A stretch of 64,000 bases of DNA, from NCBI GenBank assembly GCA_963772725.1, contig CAVYYI010000005.1, forward strand, positions 128,001 through 192,000, written 5' to 3'. How positions within the stretch are numbered: the stretch's first letter is position 1; each line of letters opens with the position of its first letter. Source of the DNA: an uncultured Phycisphaerales bacterium. GTDB taxonomy: Bacteria; Planctomycetota; Phycisphaerae; Sedimentisphaerales; Anaerobacaceae. The notes under the pieces are model-generated. The model saw only the letters and a list, made by a program, of their open reading frames with translations, searched no databases and had not been told where the DNA came from. The position numbers and the translations under genes were made by a program. Of the stretch, positions 53,547-64,000 are shown in pieces.

Positions 53547-55285
53547 TTATCTTTTTGCTATAAGCTGCTTATAGGCGTTCTCACCGCCGTTAAGAAGATG
53601 TATCAGCGGCTGCGGGCGGTCAATGCCTTCAACAAAGCACGGCCTTGCCGCCCACGGCGTAACACTCAGCACGTCTGATCAGATCCATCCAGTGCTGCAA
53701 ACGCGCCACCGGCAGATTCCAGGTCATGTGGAAATGGTTGGCCGGAGCATACTGCTTGTATTCGACCATGCTGGCATATTTCGGCACAACAAACGTATGC
53801 GGCCATGTCGGCGTAGTCAGATTGCACATCGCCTTGCCGAGTTTTTCCGGCACCTCAGTCGTATGAGCCTCATCCCAGATAAGGCTGAACATGCCGTTGA
53901 GGCTGCTGTAGGCCATTCTGCCCGCGATGCCTTCGATGCCTGCCGGCGTCATAAAGGTTACGCTAGTTGCCGCCGCCGGGGAAATAGCCGCATCGGCAAG
54001 CGGCATTGCGACGCCGTCCATAATCGTCTTAACAGATGCGCCGGGCTTTGCCGCCCAGTCGAATGCCGCCGAGCCGGAATTATCGCCATCAACAAGACCC
54101 TTAATGGCATAGTCGGCATTCGCATCAAGTCTTTAACATTGAGCTTTTTGGCCAAGTTCCTTGATTTCCCATGCTTCCCAGACCTTGCGGAAGTCCATAA
54201 ACAACGGCGGATTGCCGCCGCTGACAGATACGTCATAAACAGCATCGTCAAAAGCCCCTGCACATCGGCTTCGGTCGCATAAGGCAGCGGAGCTTTTGGG
54301 CCGTTGTGGTCAAAGGTGCTGTTAAACAGCGACTCCATCACATCGGCAACCGGCAGCGGCAGCCCGCGACGGATCCTGAACCCCATTCAAGCTGGCTCAT
54401 AAATCCGCCGCCGACGGCATTGAGGTCGGCCATCAGGTCGCGGTTGATAAGATACATCGCAAGGCTCGTGTTGAATCGTTCGCTGTCGGCCTCGTTTCGA
54501 AGCTCAAGCCGTTTGCCGACATATTTATCAATCCATGCGCGAAGTTCGTTGAGTTCTTTCTGGTCATACGCCTTTTTGGTGAGCATATCGGCCAGAAGCT
54601 TCATATCGAGCCGCGTAATTTCAATGCCGAAACGTATTGCGTGTCGGCAGAATATGGCCAAGAGCCGTTTCCATGCCCATCGAATCATGGCCGAAGACCA
54701 TCACACGCCGCCCGCGAAGCGAAACGGCCGTTACCGCCGCATAGCACCAGTCGATAAGCGCCTCGGCCGTCTGCTGCGGTCATCTTGGGATTCATACCGG
54801 TATCAGGCCATGTGCCGACATTAAGGCTGCATCATACGGCCGTACTGAGCTGATCGCGCCGCAAAGGGCATGAGCATACACCACGCCGGGCTTTGGCCCG
54901 CTGTTGCCGCAGGTAATATTGATCGGCGTATTCGTCCGGAAATTGCTGCAAAAGCGAGATGGCCGTAAGCTGCGGAAATGCCCACGTATCCGGCACGCAC
55001 ACCAGAATATCCACGCCCGCCTTGCGGAACTGCTGCGCGACAATATCGGCCTGCGCCTCGCCATCGACCAGCACAGTCGAATATACCACCGGCAACCGGC
55101 GTCTTATCCGGCATCACTACCTTGCCGCTGATGACCTCGGCGGCCATTTTTACGATATTCTGACAGCGTATGCGGCTGTCCTTGTCGATACGCGGGTCGC
55201 TGGTCGCAAAAACACCGATCACCGGGGCTTTCGGCGTTGCTTTTTTGATACTTGGTAAACATGCGGGTTCAATTTTTTCAGCCAT
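53547..55285 (-). CDS. fucI: L-fucose/D-arabinose isomerase family (many frameshifts)
   Basis: DPR, TWAFP, FDHNG, ATEAD, TPTWPHT and PANHFH segments across frames; adjacent to fucU. Confidence 0.75.
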
Positions 55286-55440
55286 TTGTAATGCCTCCTT
55301 AAAATCTCATAGGAATAATTTTGAAAGTAAAGACAAACGTTTGCGTAATTTAACCCTGCCAAACTGATATGTAAAGCAAAAATTTGAATTAATACAGACA
55401 ATTGACCGATGAACAAATTATTATTATAATTGTTTTTTTC

Positions 55441-55512
55441 GCCAACGTAGCTCAACGGTAGAGCTCCGGTTTTGTAAACCGGAGGTTGTGGGTTCAAATC
55501 CCACCGTTGGCT
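55441..55512 (+). tRNA. tRNA-Thr(TGT)
   Basis: Cloverleaf with acceptor GCCAACG/CGTTGGC, anticodon TGT at 55473-55475 and T-loop GTTCAAAT; no encoded CCA. Confidence 0.97.
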
Positions 55513-55525
55513 TTTAATCTTTATC

Positions 55526-55593
55526 TGCCATACCTGCGAAAGCAGGTATCCAGTTTTTGGTCTATTTAGATTCCCGCTTTCGCGGGAGTAACA
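55526..55593. repeat. REP-like double palindrome
   Basis: ATACCTGCGAAAGCAGGTATCC...GATTCCCGCTTTCGCGGGAGT; same family as 24221-24292. Confidence 0.8.
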
Positions 55594-55617
55594 ATATATT
55601 CATTAGCGAGGTTTTTA

Positions 55618-57241
55618 ATGGTCGTAACACGATTTGCACCATCGCCTACAGGCTATCTGCATATAGGCGGGGCAAGAACTGCACTTTTCAACTGGCTCCT
55701 GGCAAAACATACCGGCGGAAAATTCATCCTCAGAATCGAGGATACCGACGTAAAACGAAATACCGCGACCGCTATGCAGCAGGTGATAAACGACCTGCGG
55801 TGGCTCGGCATCGATTGGGACGAAGGCCCCGAAGTCGGCGGACCCAACGCACCATACCTCCAGTCCCAGCGAAGAGATATTTACGATAAATACATTAATC
55901 AGCTCATCGAACAGCAAAAAGCCTACTACTGTTTTGAAACCACCGACGAACTCGCCGCCATGCGTGAACTCGCTGAGGCCGATAAAAAAGGTTTTGTATA
56001 TCAAAGGCCGAAAGTTTTCCCTGACGCCAAAGACGTCGCAAAAGCCAAAGCCCAGGGTCAGCCTGTCACCGTGCGCTTTGCCATGCAGCAAAATGAACCG
56101 GTTATTATCGACGACATTGTTCGAGGCCAGGTAAAATTCGAGGCCTCCCAGCTCGGAGATTTCATAATACAAAAATCTGACGGCTTCCCCACCTATCACT
56201 TCGCCGTCGTAGTCGATGACGAACTTATGGGAGTCACCCATGTCCTCCGCGGCCAGGAGCATCTGATGAACACCCCTTACCATCAAGCCCTGCAGAAAGC
56301 CCTCGGCTTCCGCATCCCCGCTTACGCACACATGTCCGTAACCGTCAGCCAAAGCGGCGGCAAACTCTCAAAACGTGAACGCCCCGCGACCCTGCGTAAA
56401 CTTATCAAGGACACCCCTGATATAGATCTCAAAAAACTCGCCGATGTCGGCGGCATCACTGTCGAAGATATGAACGATTTCCTCGACGACAAAACAATGC
56501 CCGATATGCCCGCCATCGACGCCATCGCCAAATATATGGGTGTCGTCGCTGCCAGAAATAAACGTCGTCGATTTTTTCCGCAGCGGCTATCTCCCAGAAA
56601 CAATGGTCAACTTCCTCGCCCTTTTAGGTTGGAACCCCGGCGATAAACGCGAAATATTAACACGCCAGGAACTCATTGACTGCTTCGACATTTCCCGCCT
56701 GACAAAAACCAACAGCCTTTTCGACCGCGATAAGCTCATCGCCTTCAACACAGAGCATATCCGTATGACACCGCCGGAAAAACTCCTCGCCTACTTCAAG
56801 GCTTACATCAAAGAGATTGCCTCTCCCGTAGCAGCCGCCGATGACAAAACTCTCGACCGGCTCATAAAATCCAACCACGGCGCAAGAACACTCGCCGACA
56901 TCGACCGCAAAAGCCGCTTCGTCTTTATAGCCGACGACCAGATTGAATATGACGAAAAAGCTGTTGCTAAAGTCTTACTAAAAAGTGACGGCCTCGCGAT
57001 GCTCCAGCTCGTGCGCGATAAACTCGCCGCGATGGAAGAATTGACTGAGGAAGGCATAGAAAAAATGCTCCGTTCAATGGCCGAAGAAAAACAGGTCGGC
57101 CTTGGAAAAGTCGCCCAGCCCCTGCGGGTCGCTATTTGCGGCACAACAATCAGCCCGCCAATCTTCGACTCCGTCAGCCTCCTCGGCAAACAAAGAACAC
57201 TAAACCGAATAGATATAACCCTGAAAAAATTCATAAGTTAA
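55618..57241 (+). CDS. gltX: Glutamate--tRNA ligase (frameshift ~56545)
   Basis: RFAPSPTGYLHIG, RIEDTD, KLSKR and LALLGW motifs. Confidence 0.96.
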
Positions 57242-57315
57242 AGCAAAATGTAAAAAAACAAAGAAAAATTTTAAAACCATTTCAAAAAGAGACTGTACAC
57301 TTTAAGGAAGAATTT

Positions 57316-58221
57316 ATGCCGCTACTTGTAACAGGTTCGATAGGGATAGATACGGTAACGACGCCTTTTGGCACGAGCGAAAATTGCTTAGGCGGTTCCG
57401 CCGTCTATTTCAGCATCGCCGCCAGCTTCTTTTCGCCCGTGCGATTCATTGGCGTTATTGGCCAGGATTGTCCTTTCAATCTTTCCGAAGTCTTCGCCGG
57501 ACGCGACATCGACCTGACCGGCCTTGAAGTACGCCAGATGAGTAAAACCTTCCGCTGGAAAGGCTCCTATCACGGTGCGATGAATGAGGCTATCACCGAC
57601 GTTCTCGAATTAAATGTCCTCGCGGAAAAACCCCCGACCGTTCCCGATACTTATAAGGACAGCAAATACATCTTTCTTGCTAATACCGCCCCATCCCTTC
57701 AGATGCAGCTTCTCGAACAACTCAACCACCCCGCTTTCGTCGCCGCCGACACGATGAACTGCTGGATTCTCGGCAGACCCGATGAACTAAAAATGCTGCT
57801 CAAAAAAATTAACTGCCTGATTATCAATTCTGATGAGGCAAAAATGCTCGCCGAAGACAGCAACCTGATAACCGCAGGCGAAAAGATTCTAAAAATGGGA
57901 CCAGCCGTCGTCATTATCAAAAAAGGCGAATCAGGCTCATTTATGTGCAATTCAAAAGGCGATAAATTTCTTCTTCCCGCTTACCCAGCCACACAGGTAA
58001 AAGACCCCACCGGCGCAGGGGACAGCTTCGCCGGCGCTGTAATGGGCTATATCGCTAAGACCGGCAAAACCGATTTTGACACCTTGAAAACCGCCGTCGC
58101 CTACGGCACGGTTGTCGCCTCTTTCGCGATATCCGATTTTTCCCTGCACGGATTACGCTCCGCTAGGAAAGAAGACATCGAAAAACGCTTCGAGACCCTT
58201 AGAAAACTGACGAAGTTTTGA
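57316..58221 (+). CDS. PfkB-family carbohydrate kinase
   Basis: GGSA and DPTGAGDSFAG motifs. Confidence 0.93.
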   Translation: MPLLVTGSIGIDTVTTPFGTSENCLGGSAVYFSIAASFFSPVRFIGVIGQDCPFNLSEVFAGRDIDLTGLEVRQMSKTFRWKGSYHGAMNEAITDVLELNVLAEKPPTVPDTYKDSKYIFLANTAPSLQMQLLEQLNHPAFVAADTMNCWILGRPDELKMLLKKINCLIINSDEAKMLAEDSNLITAGEKILKMGPAVVIIKKGESGSFMCNSKGDKFLLPAYPATQVKDPTGAGDSFAGAVMGYIAKTGKTDFDTLKTAVAYGTVVASFAISDFSLHGLRSARKEDIEKRFETLRKLTKF

Positions 58222-58789
58222 TAGTAAGGTATTTTAAAATCATTTTCGAGACCTCTGAAAAACCTCACATTTTATTATTCTCTTATATTTTTGCTTGAAG
58301 TGCTTCGAAAAATTATTTCGATACACCGCAAAAACTGTTTTCTGGCCTTACCAAAGGATTCTTTTATGCCTTTGGTATACCTTTTTATCTGTTCATAACG
58401 GTCGTGTGCCGTTATCCGGCAATACTCACCAGGCTAAAACTCCTTTTCCAATTGTACGCTATTACATGTAACCCAAAATCAAAGGCGTTACGCCTCATAC
58501 CTCGATATCGAGTCCTGCCGTAGCCGGTATTCTTCATCCACGCAAACGGATGTTCAACCACCGCCCAATTCCCGCCACCAGACGGTTATGCAATTTCTGT
58601 GAGGCTGTTAATTCCTTCTGGCCGCGAACTCGTTTTTGAATAATTCCGCAAAACACGCCGCGTTCCTCCAGTTTTGCCTTTCGGTCTTTATCCATATATG
58701 CGTAACCGTCCGACCAAGTACATATTGTAAATGCTGATGAGGTAGGGATAATCGTTTTTGGTTTTGAGGTTTATTTAAGGAACAAAATC

Positions 58790-59143
58790 ATGAGCGATAA
58801 TGGTAAAGTCACAAAAGCGGACCAGACCGAGTTCTGGAAAATGGTTTTGGAAACATACAAATCAAGCAATCTGTCAATTCATCAATTTTGCAAACAGGAA
58901 GGTCTTCACGAATGGGCATTTTACTCTTGGCGTAGAAAGCTGGCAGGTCAGCAGCCTCAAAAATTCGTTACTCCAACAACACCAGATAATCCGGCATTTA
59001 TCGAAGTTCCCGTCATACGCCCAAAGCCGCAGCCATTGGAACTTATACTAAGAAGCGGTCATATACTGAAAATACCCTCTGACATTGACCAGGGCACAAT
59101 CAATAAGGTTTTCTCTGCATTAAAGGAAACACAGTTGTGCTGA
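58790..59143 (+). CDS. tnpA: IS66 TnpA
   Basis: S.LSI.QFCKQEGL...FYSWRRKL HTH motif. Confidence 0.9.
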   Translation: MSDNGKVTKADQTEFWKMVLETYKSSNLSIHQFCKQEGLHEWAFYSWRRKLAGQQPQKFVTPTTPDNPAFIEVPVIRPKPQPLELILRSGHILKIPSDIDQGTINKVFSALKETQLC

Positions 59144-59496
59144 CTTTACCCTGTTCGGTACGTATTTTTGTCTCTGTTGATCCAACTGATATGCGTTGCA
59201 GTTTCGACCGTCTGGCCGCGATGACACAAACTATTTTAGGGCAGGACCCTTTAAGCGGTCATCTGTTTGTATTTTTCAATCGTTACCGCGACAGATGCAA
59301 GATACTATTCTGGGACAGGACGGGGTTTTGTCTATGGTACAAAAGGCTGGAAGAGGGTGTATTTCGATTGCCGCATCATTCTTCAGTAAAATGTCTTGAG
59401 ATGGATTTGGCAAGGCTGACGCTGGTTCTCGAGGGCATAGACCTTTGTTCGGCACATCAGCGAAAAAGATTTTCAATTGGAAACGGCATATTTTGA
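59137..59496 (+). CDS. tnpB: IS66 TnpB accessory protein
   Basis: DMRCSFD and KILFWD.TGF.LWYKRLE.G.F motifs. Confidence 0.93.
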   Translation: MLTLPCSVRIFVSVDPTDMRCSFDRLAAMTQTILGQDPLSGHLFVFFNRYRDRCKILFWDRTGFCLWYKRLEEGVFRLPHHSSVKCLEMDLARLTLVLEGIDLCSAHQRKRFSIGNGIF

Positions 59497-59624
59497 TAAT
59501 CTCAAAAAAAATATTTCACTTTTTTTTGAATATTATCATTATTTCTCTTGACATTATCCGATTATATGATATATAGGAGTCATCGTTACGGATAATGATG
59601 TAGAAAAAAGCTTTAACGGAATAA

Positions 59625-61172
59625 ATGATTACAACAAACACACCTATTACAGAACTGCCCAGCGACGTTGAAACCCTCAGAGAGATGGTTTTAAAACTGT
59701 TGGCTAATGTTGACGACCTCAATCAGCAGCTGGCCTGGTTCAAGCGTCATGTATTCGGCAGAAGGAGCGAGAAGCTTGATCCTGCCCAGAGGCTGCTTTT
59801 TGAGGGTCTTTGTACAGAACTTGAGTCGAGGATTGCGGCAGAACAACAAAAGGCTGATGCATGTGTTGAAACGCCGAAACCAAAGAATGCCAGTCATCAT
59901 GGCAGACGTCCTTTACCTGAGGATTTACCCCGCCAGCGGATAGAGTATCATCCCCCGGAAGAGGAACTTATCTGCCCATCCTGCGGAAAAGAAAAACAGG
60001 TAATCGGCGAAGAGATAACAGAGCAGCTTGATTATGTGCCTGCATCATTTGTTGTTCGTCAGCATGTGCGCATTAAATATGCCTGCCCTGACTGCAAAGA
60101 AAATGTATCCATAGCAGAACTTCCTGCATTTCCCATAGAAAAGGGTCGTCCCGGGACAGGACTGCTTGCTCATATAATTACCAGCAAATATACCGACCAC
60201 CTCCCGCTTAATCGTCAGGAGAATATTTTCGGTCGGCATGATGTGGAAATCAGGCGTTCCACTATGTGTGACTGGGTAGGGCAATGTGCCGGTCTGCTTG
60301 AGCCTATCGCCAAAGAAATGAAGAGGCAGTTGTTAAAATCGCCTAAGATTCATACCGATGATACGACCATCCCTGTTCAGTGCAAGGATCGTAAAAGCAC
60401 TTATGACGGTTATTTATGGGTATATGCCGATATGAGTGATAATGTTGTGTTCGATTTTACACCGACACGATGTCGGGATGGGCCTATCAATTTTCTGGGG
60501 AGTTACAGCGGATATATACAGGCGGATGCATACAAGGGTTACGACAAGCTCTTTGCCGAAGGCAGATGTACTGAGGTAGGCTGCTGGGCGCATTGCAGGC
60601 GCAAGTTTGATGAGGCTATTGAGACTGATAAGGAGCGAGCCGGGATTATGCTCGCATTGATAGGCAGTCTCTACGATGTGGAACGTGATGCAAAGAGACG
60701 TAACCTTGACGCTGACAGTATAAAGTCACTGCGTCAGGAAAAGAGTAAACCCATTCTCGAAGAGATTCGCAGAGTCATTGATAGCTGGTCGCTACAGATT
60801 TTGCCGAAGAGTCCAATTGGCAAGGCGATAAATTATGCACTTGGTCAGTGGAAAGCATTAAACAGATATATTGAGAACGGAATCCTTTCGATAGATAATA
60901 ATCTTTCAGAACGGATTTTAAGAATGGTTGTTCTCGGGCGTAAAAACTGGCTGTTTGCCGGCAATGAGAACGGAGCCCAAAGGGCAGCGACCATATACAG
61001 TCTGGTTGCAAGCTGCAAACTAAGTGATATTGACCCATTCGTATATTTCAGGGATGTTCTTGAACGTGTCAGCACGCACCCCAACAGCCGGATTGCCGAA
61101 CTGACACCTCCAAACTGGAAAAAGCTGTATTTCAAATCTGTCACAGAAGCAAACCCAACTCAAAACAACTAA
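59625..61172 (+). CDS. tnpC: IS66 DDE transposase TnpC
   Basis: FGRRSE, zinc finger, HTDDT, CWAHCRRKF, DNNLSER and GRKNWLF motifs. Confidence 0.96.
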   Translation: MITTNTPITELPSDVETLREMVLKLLANVDDLNQQLAWFKRHVFGRRSEKLDPAQRLLFEGLCTELESRIAAEQQKADACVETPKPKNASHHGRRPLPEDLPRQRIEYHPPEEELICPSCGKEKQVIGEEITEQLDYVPASFVVRQHVRIKYACPDCKENVSIAELPAFPIEKGRPGTGLLAHIITSKYTDHLPLNRQENIFGRHDVEIRRSTMCDWVGQCAGLLEPIAKEMKRQLLKSPKIHTDDTTIPVQCKDRKSTYDGYLWVYADMSDNVVFDFTPTRCRDGPINFLGSYSGYIQADAYKGYDKLFAEGRCTEVGCWAHCRRKFDEAIETDKERAGIMLALIGSLYDVERDAKRRNLDADSIKSLRQEKSKPILEEIRRVIDSWSLQILPKSPIGKAINYALGQWKALNRYIENGILSIDNNLSERILRMVVLGRKNWLFAGNENGAQRAATIYSLVASCKLSDIDPFVYFRDVLERVSTHPNSRIAELTPPNWKKLYFKSVTEANPTQNN

Positions 61173-61797
61173 ACGACAGCCCCATTCTTCGTAAAAATAA
61201 ATTTCACTTGTGTACTATCCGCAACCTGTAGTTGGTCGGACGGTTACTATATGCACTATCAGCAAAGACACTGTCCTTCTCATCCTCAACAAGTTCGTCA
61301 ATATACCTGCTGTCATGGGTTGAGGCGGTATCGAAACGGTAGTCTTTAATCATGCCGTTACAGTCAGTAGCAATATGGCCCTTATAGCCGTGATATATTC
61401 TGCCATGTTTTTTCGTATAACCTGCTGCCTTGTCTTTGGTGCTGGAAATACCGTCTTTGCCAGTTCTGCCGCGAGGCGCTTCTATTATAGTGGCATCAAC
61501 ACAGGTCCCTTCCTCAAGTATAACGCCGCGACTTTTGAGGATGGCGATAGTCTTATCAAATAATGTAGCTATATGGCCGTTTATATTAAGACGCTTGCGA
61601 AACTGCACAAAAGTAGTTTCATCAGGTGCATCCTGTTCCATCTTAAGGCCTACAAATCGTCTGAAGGATATACGGTCACAGAGCATCTCTTCGAGCATCG
61701 GGTCGGAAAGATTAAACCACTTTTGCAGCATTATGCATTTTATCATCATTACAAGTGGATAATTCGATGCTCCGCCTTTGTCGGTGTTGTTCTTGTA

Positions 61798-62920
61798 TAC
61801 TGCTTACGATTGAATTTTCCTGTTTTTATGCAGCTTGAATGTGAAAGTTTTCTGTCAGTAATGCTCTCAGTTCCGGCAAATATTTCTTTCTCTTCCGGAA
61901 AAAGCTCTCACATGCTCGCTTGAATTCACCAAACGTTTCATAGTAGCGATTGTTCAGCACTTTTTTCTTAAAAAACTTCCAGTACCGTTCAATCAGATTC
62001 AGATTCGGCGAGTATGACGGCAAAAAGATCAATTTGATTTTCGTGCCCTCGGTATACTCTTTTAACAAACGTGAACGATAATATCGAGCATTGTCAACAA
62101 TGATGTAAATCCTTTTGGCCTCCGGATGTTTTGCTTCGATCTTAGAGAACAAATCAATGGTCGAATTCGCATTGATCGTGTCATAAAACCCTGTCGTTGG
62201 CTCCAGTGTTTCGATGTTAATCGCACCATTGATATTCAATCGCTGGCGGCCACAGTTGGCTTTGAGTTCTTTTTCCTTTCCCGTCTTAATCCAGCCGTAA
62301 GAAGGAATGCTGTTGTGCTGCGGGTGGGTGGCATCGGCGAAATAAATTGGGTCGTTTTGACTTTTGCTTGCCTTGATCTGTTCATATTCCTCGAGAAATG
62401 CCTGTTGCTTGATGGGGTCTTGTTTACCGGGAACATGTGTCGGCTTCTTGTAGGAAAATCCAAGACGATGCAGCAAATCGGTGACTCCGCTGACGGAGTA
62501 ATGGACCACATACTGCTTGTCAATGTGAGCGATAACCGATTTGGCATCGGGGAAAATATGATCTTCGAGATATGCCTCAAGTTCGCTCATTTGATGTTCA
62601 TCGAGTTTCGGTTCTGCGCCGGGATAGTTGTCATCCAGCAATGCCTGGAAACCGTCTTGCCGATACCGCTCGAAATAGCCCCGTGATGTCTTCTCATCGA
62701 AAAGAAGTATCTCGGCCACCTGAGCCGCCGACCATCCCTTTGCTAAAGCAATGACCGCTTTGACCCGGTCGGCCTGACGCTTATCACGCAACGAACGATG
62801 CAATGCCTCCAGTTCAGCTATTTTTTCTTTTGACAACTTATAATCCTTCATATACGCTGTTTATCGGACAGAAGGTGCTTTTTGATTGAAAAATACGGAA
62901 TTTTTCAATCAAGAGTAGTA
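61798..62920 (-). mobile_element. IS630-family element
   Basis: Imperfect IRs TACTGCTTACGATTGAA / TACTACTCTTGATTGAA; TA duplicated at 61796-61797 and 62921-62922. Confidence 0.92.
61826..62851 (-). CDS. IS630 transposase
   Basis: FADAT, VDNARY and LPSYSPNLNLIERYW motifs. Confidence 0.95.
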   Translation of the reverse strand: MKDYKLSKEKIAELEALHRSLRDKRQADRVKAVIALAKGWSAAQVAEILLFDEKTSRGYFERYRQDGFQALLDDNYPGAEPKLDEHQMSELEAYLEDHIFPDAKSVIAHIDKQYVVHYSVSGVTDLLHRLGFSYKKPTHVPGKQDPIKQQAFLEEYEQIKASKSQNDPIYFADATHPQHNSIPSYGWIKTGKEKELKANCGRQRLNINGAINIETLEPTTGFYDTINANSTIDLFSKIEAKHPEAKRIYIIVDNARYYRSRLLKEYTEGTKIKLIFLPSYSPNLNLIERYWKFFKKKVLNNRYYETFGEFKRACESFFRKRKKYLPELRALLTENFHIQAA

Positions 62921-63204
62921 TACATATCCCTTAACGGCTCAGCAAGTTCGTTCCATGGTATAAGCTGGTCGCATTTTTGAAAAAATTGAGCAGTGCGACG
63001 ACCGCCGAGGTCAGAGGTTAAACTGTCGAGAAATGTTGGTTGATTGCTTGTGCGTTCCATAATCTTTGCCTCCATGCAATAAAATTGACTATTGAATGGA
63101 CGCATTATATCATATCCGCTGATAATTGCATTAATGTTTTGTAAAAAATGCATAGTTTTTCAGAGGTCTCTTTCGTCAAAAGAAATTAAATATCAAAAAT
63201 AAAA

Positions 63205-63576
63205 ATGCAAAATGACAAAGTAAAATTCAAAAATGAATTTAAGAAAAGGCTCTATGATTTTACACTGCGTTTGATAGAGTTTCTTGATAAATTACCCAGC
63301 GATGGTGTCGCAAAAAGGATAGGCGACCAACTATTAAGAAGCGGAACAAGTATTATAGGCAACTACGTCGAAGGCCAGGCGGCAAGCAGCAAAAAGGATT
63401 TCATTAATTTTTTCACCATCTCCCTTAAGTCCGCCAACGAAAGCAAATTGTGGTTCGCCCTGCTTCGTGACAGCAAACGTGCCACACCTGAGTCTGTAAA
63501 CTGGTTTTTGAACGAATTGAACGAAATTGCAAATATTTTCGCTTCCAGTATCCTTACTTTAAAAGGCAAAAAGTAA
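63205..63576 (+). CDS. Four-helix-bundle protein (23S rRNA IVP-like family)
   Basis: QLLRSGTSI.GNY.EG, S.KDF and KSANES motifs; flanked by AT-rich heptamer-like arms. Confidence 0.92.
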   Translation: MQNDKVKFKNEFKKRLYDFTLRLIEFLDKLPSDGVAKRIGDQLLRSGTSIIGNYVEGQAASSKKDFINFFTISLKSANESKLWFALLRDSKRATPESVNWFLNELNEIANIFASSILTLKGKK

Positions 63577-63604
63577 TTTTAATTTTTTATATGTAATTTT
63601 GATA

Positions 63605-64000
63605 GAGACCTCTGAAAAACTATGCATTTTTTACAAAACATTAATGCAATTATCAGCGGATATGATATAATGCGTCCATTCAATAGTCAATTTTATTGCA
63701 TGGAGGCAAAGATTATGGAACGCACAAGCAATCAACCAACATTTCTCAACAGTTTAACCTCTGACCTCGGCGGTCGTCGCACTGCTCAATTTTTTCAAAA
63801 ATGCGACCAGCTTATACCATGGAACGAACTTGCTGAGCCGTTAAGGGATATGTACAAGAACAACACCGACAAAGGCGGAGCATCGAATTATCCACTTGTA
63901 ATGATGATAAAATGCATAATGCTGCAAAAGTGGTTTAATCTTTCCGACCCGATGCTCGAAGAGATGCTCTGTGACCGTATATCCTTCAGACGATTTGTAG
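63605..64000 (+). mobile_element. Second IS5-family copy (uninterrupted as far as visible; runs off window)
   Basis: IR GAGACCTCTGAAAAAC at 63605, transposase ATG at 63715, near-identical to the inverted first copy. Confidence 0.92.

Larger units (their letters stand above)
58702..61247 (+). mobile_element. IS66-family element
   Basis: IRs GTAACCGTCCGACCAA / TTGGTCGGACGGTTAC, flanking TATATGC duplication, tnpA-tnpB-tnpC. Confidence 0.95.
58412..63060 (-). pseudogene. IS5-family transposase in three pieces
   Basis: MERTSNQ (63060), then LSDP/PDETT/VDAT/GYK/ADSAY (61255-61795), then VEHPF/RYRG to TAA at 58412. Confidence 0.9.
58248..63170 (-). mobile_element. IS5-family element disrupted by IS66 and IS630
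   Basis: 16-bp IRs GAGACCTCTGAAAAAC (58248-58263, 63155-63170) and TTTC direct repeats (58244-58247, 63171-63174). Confidence 0.9.

Noticed and set aside
55441..55600. tRNA-Thr as an integration site
   Set aside because: No integrase and no duplicated tRNA 3' end seen in the window.
59137..59496. IS66 TnpB as an RNA-guided TnpB nuclease
   Set aside because: Shared name only; 119 aa with no RuvC domain.

Overview
A bacterial chromosomal window from a likely anaerobe. The gene content (TMTC-like TPR glycosyltransferases, zinc-ribbon membrane proteins, FHA protein) suggests Planctomycetota/Phycisphaerae; this is inference. Housekeeping genes include bfr, kdsB, pyrG, mtnP, recA, alaS, hisD, glnS, gltX, tRNA-Thr and fucI/fucU. 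There is a complete [FeFe]-hydrogenase operon (hydC, hydB fused to a GltD/NfnB-like module, hydA, hydG/E/F) with a histidine kinase, a stand-alone receiver, two tandem rex genes and a Rex operator. Three TMTC-like genes lie in tandem, followed by a KamA-family radical SAM gene. Many genes, including essential alaS and gltX, carry single-base frameshifts that are most likely consensus errors. Highlights: (1) an IS110 element whose ends, CT core, circle-junction promoter and bridge-RNA target/donor guides can be read from the sequence, and whose guide targets a 9-bp-periodic repeat; (2) 9-mer and 7-mer tandem inverted-repeat arms that bracket small cargo genes (GxxExxY nuclease, four-helix bundle, orphans), start at housekeeping stop codons, and also occur empty or solitary, suggesting a cassette-like mobile system; (3) two tandem paralogous sRNA-like units with an ECF-type promoter, a CCTCCTCC motif and a terminator; (4) a nested IS5/IS66/IS630 cluster; (5) a 50-aa metallothionein-like peptide, an XRE-HTH-like insertion in GluRS, and a Glu-to-Cys change in the PyrG catalytic triad.
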